Part shown: positions 1 through 9,151 of the stretch, piece by piece | Numbering within the stretch: the first letter of the stretch is position 1 | How the letters are laid out: every line of letters begins with the position of its first letter | Sequence record: SRR31156797_5029 | Reading direction: 5' to 3' (one strand) | DNA: 64,000 bases | Notes under the pieces: generated by a model | The model's input: only the letters and a program-made list of their open reading frames with translations | The model's database searches: none | What the model was told of the DNA's origin: nothing | Translations under genes and position numbers: made by a program

Positions 1-837
1 AGCATCGGCAGAGTTGTGGATTACCTGCACTCTAGCTGTTTCAGCAGAAGTTGTAACCTGCTCAGATGGCAATTCAATCAAATCACCTCCGGAAGGAAGT
101 GCTACAAACAGGCCAAAAGCAGGGCCATCATTGTTGTTGCCAGGGTTCAGGAAACCTGATGCAACCACGGTTAGTGCAGCTCCTTCAAGTCCTAAAGTTT
201 TGAGCGGGGCAGCGTATTGAGCTACAACATCAGTACCAGCTCTGTTCTGGATTTGGAGTGAATAATCATCAGCAGGAAGTGACAGATATCCTGCAAACTC
301 ACCATAACCCAGGTCATTAATGATCGTTCCCGCGCCAGTGGCAACTTCAACAACGTCTACTTCAGGTGCATCTGTTGAACCATGAAAAACGACTACATCT
401 GTTGTTGGTCTTGAAGGGCTGCTGATTGCTTCTTCGCGTGCACCGGCAAATGGGAAAATGTCAAAAGGCTTGAAATTATCATCATTTTCTTCTGGCAGCA
501 ATCCGTTTGCAATTAAGATATAAGTTTCACCAGTCTTAAAGAAATAGGAATGTTTCCACCGAAGGTTGTTATTTTCACTTTCGGTCGACTGTGGAATAAT
601 CTCAACATTCAATGTTGTTTCGGCTGGAACTTCAATAAATCGTGTTGCAGTACGAAATTTAAAATCGTCGATAAGTAAATTGTCATTTACAAAAACGTCA
701 ACTGTTTCGCTTATCTCATCTGCTGAGTTGTGGATAAGCTGAATTTTAGCGGTTTGAGCACTGTTTTGAGCGCTAACAAGTGTGCTGCTGAATACTGCAA
801 CAACTATTAATGTAATAATGCTTTTGAGTGTTTTCAT
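1..837 (-). CDS. DUF4397-domain exported protein (5' part; runs off the left edge)
   Basis: Not in the ORF track. Manual translation from ATG at 837 is open to the edge: MKTLKSIITLIVVAVFSSTLVSAQ (signal peptide), then repeated AKIQLIHNSAD / VVFHGSTDAPEVDV / ARVQVIHNSADA DUF4397-type units. Confidence 0.85.
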   Translation of the reverse strand, partial: MKTLKSIITLIVVAVFSSTLVSAQNSAQTAKIQLIHNSADEISETVDVFVNDNLLIDDFKFRTATRFIEVPAETTLNVEIIPQSTESENNNLRWKHSYFFKTGETYILIANGLLPEENDDNFKPFDIFPFAGAREEAISSPSRPTTDVVVFHGSTDAPEVDVVEVATGAGTIINDLGYGEFAGYLSLPADDYSLQIQNRAGTDVVAQYAAPLKTLGLEGAALTVVASGFLNPGNNNDGPAFGLFVALPSGGDLIELPSEQVTTSAETARVQVIHNSADA

Positions 838-1083
838 TTGATTTAAAATTTAAATTAATAATTCATTTGATTTACTTGATGTCTAAACTTGATAAAAATT
901 AAAATGTTCAACGATAAGTCTAAAACATTAAACAATAGTTGCCTGATTTTAACTTTCTTTTAGGTTTGAAATGGTAGGAAGGTTCCTATTTATGTGAAAA
1001 TGAGTTATATAGAAATATTGTATAAGTGTTAAACAAAGTGAAATAATCCCTGTTTCATTAAAGAAAATTAACGTTAAGGAATT

Positions 1084-1572
1084 ATGAAAGTGTTAAAGAC
1101 CGTTCAGAAGTTGCCCATTAAAATTGGAGTTGCATGGGATTTTTTTAGTGACCCGGTAAACTTGAAAACCATAACTCCACCGTTTATGGGATTTGATATT
1201 ACCTCAGGATATGATGGCAGAAAAATGTATGAGGGGATGATTATTGCATACAGGGTAAGCCCTCTTTTAAATGTACCAACTAGCTGGATTACAGAAATAA
1301 CGCAAGTTCAGGAACCTCTGTTTTTTGTGGATAATCAGAAATCCGGCCCGTTTAAATATTGGCACCATCAGCACCATTTCAGGGAGATTGATGGTGGAAT
1401 TGAGATGACGGATATCGTAAATTACGCAGCACCATATGGTTTTGTTGGAAGGGTTGTTGAAAATTTAATGGTTGAAAGACGCGTAAATGAAATATTCGAT
1501 TACAGGTATAAAAAGCTGGAGGAAATCTTCGGGGTATATTCTGAGGTGGATGGTCGGGAAGTTGCGGCATAA
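1084..1572 (+). CDS. SRPBCC (START-like) ligand-binding protein
   Basis: AWDFFSDPVNLKTITPP, FVDNQKSGPFKYWHHQHHF, IFDYR motifs. Confidence 0.85.
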   Translation: MKVLKTVQKLPIKIGVAWDFFSDPVNLKTITPPFMGFDITSGYDGRKMYEGMIIAYRVSPLLNVPTSWITEITQVQEPLFFVDNQKSGPFKYWHHQHHFREIDGGIEMTDIVNYAAPYGFVGRVVENLMVERRVNEIFDYRYKKLEEIFGVYSEVDGREVAA

Positions 1573-1599
1573 AAAAAAGTCCGGTGGTTTGCCGGACTT
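1571..1599. terminator. Intrinsic terminator between convergent genes
   Basis: AAGTCCGG-N7-CCGGACTT hairpin preceded by A8 (U-tract on the minus strand). Confidence 0.75.
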
Positions 1600-1620
1600 A
1601 AATGGAATTAATTCTTGATT

Positions 1621-2121
1621 TTATTTGTCATCGAGCGCTTTAATCAATTTTTTTCTGCTAAAAAATATACGGCTCTTCACAGTTCCGATAGATAAATTAA
1701 GATGCTCGGCAATTTCCTTATATTTAAAACCCTGATGATGCATCTGGAAAGGAATGCGGTGCTCATCTTCAAGTCCATTAACAACCTTGGTTACTTCTTT
1801 ATGGGACAGCGAAGATTCAGGATTGGCCGCTTCAGATGTCTTACTTGAGTTGATAAAATAAAGGTCGGCTGTGTTATCCACAATCATGCTCACCTTGCTA
1901 CTACGCCTGTAGTTATTGATAAAGGTGTTTTTCATGATCGTGTAGGTCCAGGCCTTGAGATTTGTGTTGGCCTCAAATTTATCTCTGTAGGTAAGCGCTT
2001 TCAGATAGGTTTCCTGAACCAGGTCTTTGGCTTCTTCCTCATTTTGAGTTAAAGTAGTTGCGAAATATTTTAAATTATCCTGGAGGCTTGTTAGTTGCTG
2101 ATCAAATTCCATAGTTGCCAT
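1621..2121 (-). CDS. ECF RNA polymerase sigma factor (paralog 1)
   Basis: AKDLVQETYLKA, NLKAWTYTIMKNTFIN (region 2); YKEIAEHLNLSIGTVKSRIF (region 4). Confidence 0.92.
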   Translation of the reverse strand: MATMEFDQQLTSLQDNLKYFATTLTQNEEEAKDLVQETYLKALTYRDKFEANTNLKAWTYTIMKNTFINNYRRSSKVSMIVDNTADLYFINSSKTSEAANPESSLSHKEVTKVVNGLEDEHRIPFQMHHQGFKYKEIAEHLNLSIGTVKSRIFFSRKKLIKALDDK

Positions 2122-3205
2122 TTTGGTATAAGTTTATATGTGACTTTGATTGTTTAATCGTTAAGATGCGAAACTAAACATTGAAAAACCGGTATTTCTA
2201 AAAAATTCCTTTAAAAAGCATAACAGATTGAAAAATGATATCCGGACATTTTTCAAAACATTCATCCCGTGGGTCATCGTCATCTGATTTTTCATCTGTT
2301 TTGTCATCTCACTATCTAAAACTTGATTCACTGCAAACATAGCAACAGAAATCTATTTTTATTTATTCTCATTCCAAATAAAACTTAAAATTTAAAGGTT
2401 TTTAACGGTTAAGCAGGAAATTAGAGCAAATGTGATTGAACAATGCTGAAAATTGACAGATTTAGGGGAATGTTTTATCCGGGTCAAACTTCAAAAATGT
2501 AGCCTGGGTTGGTTGATGATTCTAGAGTGGATATTAATTTACAGGTGCTAATGGTTTGATCGTAAACCTATGGGTCAATTGTCTGTTAAACAGGATGACT
2601 TTCAGATAATTAAAACTGCCTGAATAGTTTCCAGAAAACAGCGTGGAACAACATGCCAGAATACCCACACCGGCAAGACAGCCAGATTCCACTTTTCAAG
2701 CCAGATGAATAATAAACCACCAAACCAGGAAAGGAATGTGATAGCGATGAGAGAAAATTTATTATTCAGGATGAAGTTGGCAAAAGCGGTGACTACCTTC
2801 CTCATACAACCTTGTTTTAGGGTCGGAGGGAAAGGTCAGATCATAAGGGGGGCATCATGTCAGGAACAGAAAGTATTGAAGTGGAATTCATAGCGGGAAA
2901 AGCGCTGAAATATTGATGCGGATTGCGGCTAGTTATATGGGCTACATGATTTTTTTTTGATTTTAATGACTTGTAAGTCTGAAATCGTGAGACCAAAAAC
3001 AGGATACTGTGAAAAATAATTTACCTATTCTGATACTGGTGAATACAGTTATGATACAAATTTACTAGAATGGCATATTTGTTTTCATCCCTGGTGTGTT
3101 TAAATATGTTCTATTTATTACGATAAATGCTGGATTGATCAACAAAATGCGAAACAGAACCGCAACCCTTTAGAATCAGGGACCAGATTTGGGTTTAATT
3201 TGGAG

Positions 3206-3232
3206 AAAAAAAAGCCCCCATTGCTGGAGGCT
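3206..3232 (-). terminator. Intrinsic terminator of ECF sigma paralog 2
   Basis: Minus strand AGCCTCCA-GCAA-TGGGGGCT followed by a U-run, just after the stop at 3239. Confidence 0.75.
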
Positions 3233-3238
3233 GATATT

Positions 3239-3742
3239 TTATTTGTGATCTTTAAGTGATTCCATCAACTTTTTTCGACTGAAAAATATACGGCTTTTCA
3301 CCGTTCCGATGGATAGGTCAAGTTTTTCTGCAATTTCCTTGTACTTGTATCCGGTATGGTGCATCTGAAAAGGGAGTCTGTGCTCATCTTCAAGATTATC
3401 AACCACTTTATTTATGTCCTTATGTGATAAAACCGAATCCGGATTATAATCGGCGGTAGATTTGCTTGAGTTCAGATAATACAGATCGGAGGTGTTATCC
3501 ATCACCATATTTACTTTGGCATTTCTGCGGTAATTGTTGATGAACGTGTTTTTCATAATGGTGTATGTCCACGCCTTGAGATTGGTATTTTCCTCAAACT
3601 TATCACGGTATGTCAAAGCTTTAAGGTATGTTTCCTGTACCAGATCTTTGGCTTCTTCGTCATTTTGTGTTAACGACTTGGCAAAATATTGAAGCTTTTC
3701 CTGAAGACTTGACAGTTCAGTATTAAAATCTTGAGTTTGCAT
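3239..3742 (-). CDS. ECF RNA polymerase sigma factor (paralog 2)
   Basis: Same motifs as paralog 1, about 73% identical by manual alignment. ATG at 3742 (MQTQDF) aligns with the paralog 1 start. Confidence 0.92.
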   Translation of the reverse strand: MQTQDFNTELSSLQEKLQYFAKSLTQNDEEAKDLVQETYLKALTYRDKFEENTNLKAWTYTIMKNTFINNYRRNAKVNMVMDNTSDLYYLNSSKSTADYNPDSVLSHKDINKVVDNLEDEHRLPFQMHHTGYKYKEIAEKLDLSIGTVKSRIFFSRKKLMESLKDHK

Positions 3743-4024
3743 AGCAGTTGGTTTTATGTTTAACAATTATTCTGCAATATTAAACAAAAGTCAATGCCCT
3801 TAAACAAAAAATATCTAAACAAAACTTAATAAAGCTTAATAAAAATCTGTAATAAGTTGAAAATAAGAATATAAAGAAAAATTCAAAAAAATAAAATGTT
3901 TATTCAAAAGATAAATAAAATAAACAGTACTATGATGAAATATTTTTTGCGCCTTCTAATTTGATAGGTTGGGAGGGTTGTCAGGCTTTTGAATGACGGT
4001 TATTAAGGAATGCGGATAAATATA

Positions 4025-4063
4025 AAATAGGCTGTCCAATAATTTTAGTGGACAGCCTATTTA
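4025..4063. terminator. Hairpin terminator after the MerR gene
   Basis: AAATAGGCTGTCCA...TGGACAGCCTATTT inverted repeat. Confidence 0.75.
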
Positions 4064-4094
4064 TTTGTAGAGCTTATTCGTCGGGCTTATTTCC

Positions 4095-4976
4095 TCACAA
4101 TTCGTCTTTGAGCTGATCAACATTTGTTATGAGGGTAATTTCATCAGGAAGCTTAATGTCTTGCAATTTAAATTGCAATCCACTTACAAAAAGTTTTTTA
4201 TGGTTAAAATGTTCTACAAGTTTTTTCAGGTGCTCATCAATGTCATACGACGACAAACTGGAAGTGATAAAGGTTATCAGCCCATCTGTTTCCATGGTAT
4301 TCACAATTTTGTAAAGGTCTTCAAATGGAACCATCTGTCCAAGGTATATTACCCTGTGTCCTGCTTTCTGGATGATGTAGGAGTAAAACAGTAAACCAAT
4401 TTCATGGAGTTCGCCCTCGGGTAGGTAAAGAATATATGTTTTTCTTCTTTCAGGCTGGGTAGCAGGAAGAATCCCATCGATTGCCACAATCATCTTTTGC
4501 CTGATCAGGTTGGTGATAAAATGTTCCTGTCCCGGGTATATAGTACCAATTTGCCACAGCAATCCAATTTTTTCAAAAAATGGGATTAGCACCTGGATAA
4601 ATGTTTCCTCAAATCCGAGGTTTATGATCATATTGGTTAAATCTTTTTCAAACTTAACCTCATCCATTTCAATCATATCCACAATAAGCCCTTCAACTTT
4701 GCTATCCGTATCAAAACTCTTATTGTTTATGCTAATGATTTTTTTGCTGAGTTCCGCGTTGGGGAGGTTGGCAAGACTCGAAATTTTGAAACCGTGCCTG
4801 TTGAGGATTGAAATGTTTAACAGCTTTTTAAGGTCTTCATCAGAATAATACCTGATGTTTGTTGGTGTCCGTTCAGGTTTCACAACCTGATACCGCTTTT
4901 CCCAGATGCGCAAAGTGTGCGCCTTGATCCCGGTAAGCAGTTCTAAATCTTTAATTGTATAACTTGATGGAGGCAT
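4095..4976 (-). CDS. MerR-family regulator with cobalamin-binding domain (CarH/LitR type)
   Basis: MerR HTH (YTIKDLELLTGIKAHTLRIWEKRY...NIRYYS), W-x9-EH (WQIGTIYPGQEH) and ExHxxG (GELHEIG) B12-binding motifs. Confidence 0.9.
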   Translation of the reverse strand: MPPSSYTIKDLELLTGIKAHTLRIWEKRYQVVKPERTPTNIRYYSDEDLKKLLNISILNRHGFKISSLANLPNAELSKKIISINNKSFDTDSKVEGLIVDMIEMDEVKFEKDLTNMIINLGFEETFIQVLIPFFEKIGLLWQIGTIYPGQEHFITNLIRQKMIVAIDGILPATQPERRKTYILYLPEGELHEIGLLFYSYIIQKAGHRVIYLGQMVPFEDLYKIVNTMETDGLITFITSSLSSYDIDEHLKKLVEHFNHKKLFVSGLQFKLQDIKLPDEITLITNVDQLKDEL

Positions 4977-5114
4977 ATTATAAGATTACGTTTGTTTACC
5001 AAACAACAATTTATTCCAAATGTTTAGGATTACGTTCCCAAATTTAAACATATCTTATTAAATGTGAAAAAATACCTCAGGAAGACAGGAAATTTGAAAT
5101 GAATCTAAATGCTG

Positions 5115-5519
5115 CTATTCCTTGATCTGTTTGTTTTGGAATTTCTTGATCTGCATAACCTCAACAACCGTAAAAACAAGGTATAAAATGAAAAAATCAG
5201 TGATGAATCGTACAGCATCATCACGCACTACAAGTGCGTAAATTACGATAATGGCAAGAAAAAAGAGTAATTTAAAGCCGGTCGTTACCAGGAAAATATT
5301 GACAAACTTAGAGCCCTTAGCGGTTGTGGCGCGGAGCTGATAGTAAAAAATGATATTGGTGATACCAAAGAAAAAAATGATGAGCCATAATCTGGCCGGA
5401 CTGTATGGTAATTCCGGTACAACTGATTTTAAAATAAAGTGTAAAGCGGCCAGAAACACGGCAATGATTGTTGTTTGGAGCAGGAAACTTTTAAATGCAG
5501 GCTTGTTGTTATCTGGCAT
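5115..5519 (-). CDS. Four-TM membrane protein, AtpI-like
   Basis: Four hydrophobic segments and a KFVNIFL..TGFKL motif. Lies directly after the atpZ-like gene, the usual position before atpB in Bacteroidota. Confidence 0.6.
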   Translation of the reverse strand: MPDNNKPAFKSFLLQTTIIAVFLAALHFILKSVVPELPYSPARLWLIIFFFGITNIIFYYQLRATTAKGSKFVNIFLVTTGFKLLFFLAIIVIYALVVRDDAVRFITDFFILYLVFTVVEVMQIKKFQNKQIKE

Positions 5520-5525
5520 GGATGA

Positions 5526-5744
5526 TCATTTTTTCAGGAAGTCTTTAATGGCAATATAAATGGCGGTTCCAACTGCAAGGGTTGATAGGGTCAGGAGAAA
5601 TATGGGGAACTTGTTTTCCATCCAGACATCGAGTTTGTAACCGCCAAAAACTCCGGCAACAATGATAACCAGCATCTGAATTCCAATGTTGGAATATTTA
5701 ATGAAGTTATCAAATTGTTTTTTCTTGTTTTTTAAGTTTTTCAT
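5526..5744 (-). CDS. AtpZ/AtpI-family small membrane protein
   Basis: KYSNIGIQMLVIIVAGVFGGYKLD motif. Probable ATG at 5744 overlaps the end of the bactofilin gene. Confidence 0.8.
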   Translation of the reverse strand: MKNLKNKKKQFDNFIKYSNIGIQMLVIIVAGVFGGYKLDVWMENKFPIFLLTLSTLAVGTAIYIAIKDFLKK

Positions 5745-6126
5745 ACGCCTGACCCGGGATTTGTTCTTTTTCAGGCAGTTCGCCCATATTACATGCTCCA
5801 GTAAACTTTGCACCGGGCTCAATAGCCAGCTTGCTGGTCAAAATATCGCCGTGAATTATAGCAGATGCTTTCAAAATCAATAGCTCATGTACGATCAGTT
5901 TTGCCTGGATTGTCCCCGAAATATCAGCATTCTGGCAAACAATATCACCTTCAACCCGGCCCGAACTGCCAACCACAACTTTACCCTTCGAATTGATGGA
6001 GCCTTTGAGCTTTCCGTCAATCCTAAAATCACCGGTTGATTGAATATCTCCTTCGATGGTAGTTCCTGAACCCAGGAAGTTTAAGGTGGGTGTGTTTTCA
6101 GTGGTGCTATGCTTTGCCATTTTCAT
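5710..6126 (-). CDS. Bactofilin (polymer-forming cytoskeletal protein)
   Basis: GTTIEGDIQSTGDFRIDG...GRVEGDIVC...IEPGAKFTG beta-helix. Start at 6126 or 6120, downstream of a TATCTTTG promoter element (6157-6150). Confidence 0.9.
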   Translation of the reverse strand: MKMAKHSTTENTPTLNFLGSGTTIEGDIQSTGDFRIDGKLKGSINSKGKVVVGSSGRVEGDIVCQNADISGTIQAKLIVHELLILKASAIIHGDILTSKLAIEPGAKFTGACNMGELPEKEQIPGQAYEKLKKQEKTI

Positions 6127-6201
6127 CAGTTGTTTTGCAGTAGTGGTTGCAAAGATAACATGTTTTAAGATTTCCAAATACTTAAGCAAAAGGGTTGATG
6201 A

Positions 6202-8943
6202 TTACTCCTCTCCGCCTTCATCAGCAGTTTTTCCCAGGTAAACTGTTGAGAAATAATTGTAGTAGTCTTCTATGTTTTTCTCGCGATAAAAGATTGGATA
6301 ATTATCAACAGAAATGGTGAAGGTACTAACCTCAACATCATTAATCTGAGATGTAACGTAGTTGTCGTTGATCAGCGATTCGTAATAATCCTGGGCTTTG
6401 TTGGCATTTTCAAAATTGCCAACAGTGATGAGTTGTATGTCGCCCTGGTAAACAATGCTGTTTATCTTTAGCTGGGCGGTATAAAAATATTTGGTATTGA
6501 AGTCGGAAAGCCTGATTTTTAATGCATTAATATTGGTCTTCGATGCATCAACCAGGGCCATAAAAAAGTGAACCGATTCCATATTGGTTTTATAAACCGT
6601 AGTGAGTTCTTTTGCTGCCTCCCCTGAAAGTTCGCCGTTAGTACCGTCACCGTCTCCGGAAGCAGGTTTTTCTTCAAGCTGCATTTTTCCGTTTTCATCG
6701 GGACGCAGCCTGGCAAGGATATCTTCAGCCAAAGGCCGTACTTCACTATTCGGAAAACTATCCACCAGCATTTGTAGTGAAACAGCCAGTGTGTCGAGGT
6801 CCTGAATTTTTCCTAACGACATCGCCTTCAGAAATTCAAACTTTGAAATGAGTCCGCTTTCCTGGTAATTTTCTGCTGCTTTATTGTAATTGTTGATTAC
6901 CAGGTAATACTGGTTATTCATATAGGCCTGGTAGGTGTCTTCGTAAAGGTCGGATGCTGCATTTCTTTGTGCTTCAAGCACCAGGTTGTAATTGGGATCG
7001 ACTATAATTTTGGCATAATCGCTGTCAGGAAAATCCTTAACGATCAGATTTTTATAGTAAGTTGCCCGCTCTTCGTCAGGCACTTCCTCCCAGTTTTTGT
7101 AAAGTTGATAATAAACCTGAAGGCGGTTTTCGTGTTCCGGAAATTTCTCCAGCAACTCTTCAAAAGCTTCAATGGATTTTTCATTGTCCTTCAGGCCATC
7201 TTTATAGATGTACCCGATGTTGTACAAAGCATCTTCGATAATCACATTGGACTCAGCCAGTTTTTCTTCGGTCATGGGAAGATCCTGGAGATAATACTCT
7301 CGTTTTTTCGGGTCTGTTTCCAAAGCCAACGCGGTGCTGTCCGCTGGAATTGAATCTGTTTCAGCCAGCTCATCTTCCTCATCCCCAAAGTTCATCAACT
7401 GCTTATTACTCAGCCTCCACAAGTCTTCCAGTTTCCTGCGGCCCCATTTCTTGTTGAATTCGGTAAAACCAAAACTCACAGCCTGGGGGTTGTTAAAATA
7501 CCAGCCGCCGGATCGTTGCATATTCCTGTTTTGTTGTCGGCTGGATTGCTCAAGCATCGACAGGCTCTGGCGGCGTTCACGTTCCAATTCGCGCTGGCGG
7601 GCCTCCTCTTCAGCAATCTCTTTAATTATTTTATCAAGTATAGCATTCCGTTCCTCTTCGGGCATGGCTGCCATACGCTGCAAACTGTCCTGTACGAAAA
7701 TGGCCTGCAGGTTCGTGATCAGTTCAGTAAGCACCTCGGTGGTTTCCTTAAGTTCCTCATAATTGGGATACTCCTCGGGGAGAAATTGCATGGCAGTATC
7801 GTAATAAGCCTGGGCAAGTGTATACTCAGGTTGCTTAAAGTAAATATCAGCAAGTTTAAGTGATGATATGGATTTTTGATAATCGTTTGAAACACTTCTG
7901 GCTACTGACAATGTCAGGTATTCGATACCCTGTTCTTTCTGGTTATCTTTCAAATAAATTTCAGCCAAAGCATAATAAACCTGGTCGAGGTATTCCTCGT
8001 TTTTATCATCCTTGAGCATTTTGTTCAGTTTCTTAACAATCATGCTGCGATTGCTCGATTTTGCATCGTAGGTTTGGGCCAGGTTGATCTTGGCATTAAA
8101 CGCCATTTCGTAGGGCGGGTTTTTCCTGATCACAAGTTGATAAAGCTTGCCTGCATCCTCAAAATCACCAAGCTCCTGGTAAACCTGGGCTAGGATGAAC
8201 CTTAAGCGATTACGTACTTTTTTACGACCATTGAGCTCAATTGCTCTTTCGAGGTATTGGATGGATTCGCCATATCGCTGCTGAAGAATGTAAAAGTTGG
8301 CATAAACTTTCACGAACTCCTTTTCCAGCTTTTGAGGGGCATTACCATTAACAAGGCTGTTGTTCAGGTTATCCAGGATGGATTCCGCTTTTTCAAATTC
8401 CTCATTTTGATTGTAAGTTCTGGCAAGCCAAAGCTCAGCTTCGTAACGGCTGTCTTCCTTGGAAAACCTGTTGGTAATAAATTCAAACGTACGCCGGGCA
8501 CTCGAATATTCCTGCTTATAGAGATAGGCCTTACCGATGAGCATGTAGCTGTCGTCGATCCACCGCACCCACTCTTTCCGGTTAAAATACATGGAGTGGC
8601 GCTGGATGACCTTTGAGCCCTTTTCGATGGCGCGATCCATATTTGGTACGATCGATTGTGCATCCTGTTTGTTCCCATATTTGTAAACAGGTAGCACCAT
8701 GGTGTAATTATCTTTTACATTTTTGTCAAGGGTTCGTACTCCCTCTTTAAAGCTCTCATTTCCATTCCAATATGCATTATAATGAGCTGTTAAATTGTGA
8801 TAGGCACGGCGGGTAAATGAGTTTTTTTTGGTGGAGCAGGAATACTGCGAAAAAATGATGAGGGATGTAATAATTCCAAGCCCAACCAAAATCAGGTGGC
8901 GGTAACGAAAATGCTGACTGGAGAAAATATGTGGGTTCTTCAA
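6202..8943 (-). CDS. sprE: T9SS TPR lipoprotein SprE/PorW
   Basis: Lipobox-like SC-STKKN, YHNLTAHYN.YWNG, WIDDSYMLIGKA, WYFNN...EFNKKWGRRKLEDLWR, TPR repeats. Synteny with bactofilin-atpZ. Confidence 0.85.
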   Translation of the reverse strand: MKNPHIFSSQHFRYRHLILVGLGIITSLIIFSQYSCSTKKNSFTRRAYHNLTAHYNAYWNGNESFKEGVRTLDKNVKDNYTMVLPVYKYGNKQDAQSIVPNMDRAIEKGSKVIQRHSMYFNRKEWVRWIDDSYMLIGKAYLYKQEYSSARRTFEFITNRFSKEDSRYEAELWLARTYNQNEEFEKAESILDNLNNSLVNGNAPQKLEKEFVKVYANFYILQQRYGESIQYLERAIELNGRKKVRNRLRFILAQVYQELGDFEDAGKLYQLVIRKNPPYEMAFNAKINLAQTYDAKSSNRSMIVKKLNKMLKDDKNEEYLDQVYYALAEIYLKDNQKEQGIEYLTLSVARSVSNDYQKSISSLKLADIYFKQPEYTLAQAYYDTAMQFLPEEYPNYEELKETTEVLTELITNLQAIFVQDSLQRMAAMPEEERNAILDKIIKEIAEEEARQRELERERRQSLSMLEQSSRQQNRNMQRSGGWYFNNPQAVSFGFTEFNKKWGRRKLEDLWRLSNKQLMNFGDEEDELAETDSIPADSTALALETDPKKREYYLQDLPMTEEKLAESNVIIEDALYNIGYIYKDGLKDNEKSIEAFEELLEKFPEHENRLQVYYQLYKNWEEVPDEERATYYKNLIVKDFPDSDYAKIIVDPNYNLVLEAQRNAASDLYEDTYQAYMNNQYYLVINNYNKAAENYQESGLISKFEFLKAMSLGKIQDLDTLAVSLQMLVDSFPNSEVRPLAEDILARLRPDENGKMQLEEKPASGDGDGTNGELSGEAAKELTTVYKTNMESVHFFMALVDASKTNINALKIRLSDFNTKYFYTAQLKINSIVYQGDIQLITVGNFENANKAQDYYESLINDNYVTSQINDVEVSTFTISVDNYPIFYREKNIEDYYNYFSTVYLGKTADEGGEE

Positions 8944-9151
8944 AATTTTAATCCTTGATTTATTGATTATTACATCAATCTTTCAACATCGAAACATTAA
9001 CTTACAATCCGCAAAAATATTATTTATTAAGTGCTTGTTCCTGTTAATTTGTGGTTGGTTTACGGTTAATAAATTCTATATCTGAATTTTGTTCCCCATA
9101 AATTGTTTTTCAAAAAGCGATATTTGCAGAAATTTTTGGCAGGTAAATTTT

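Noticed and set aside
14-220. 68-aa plus-strand ORF
   Set aside because: Antisense shadow of the DUF4397 gene.
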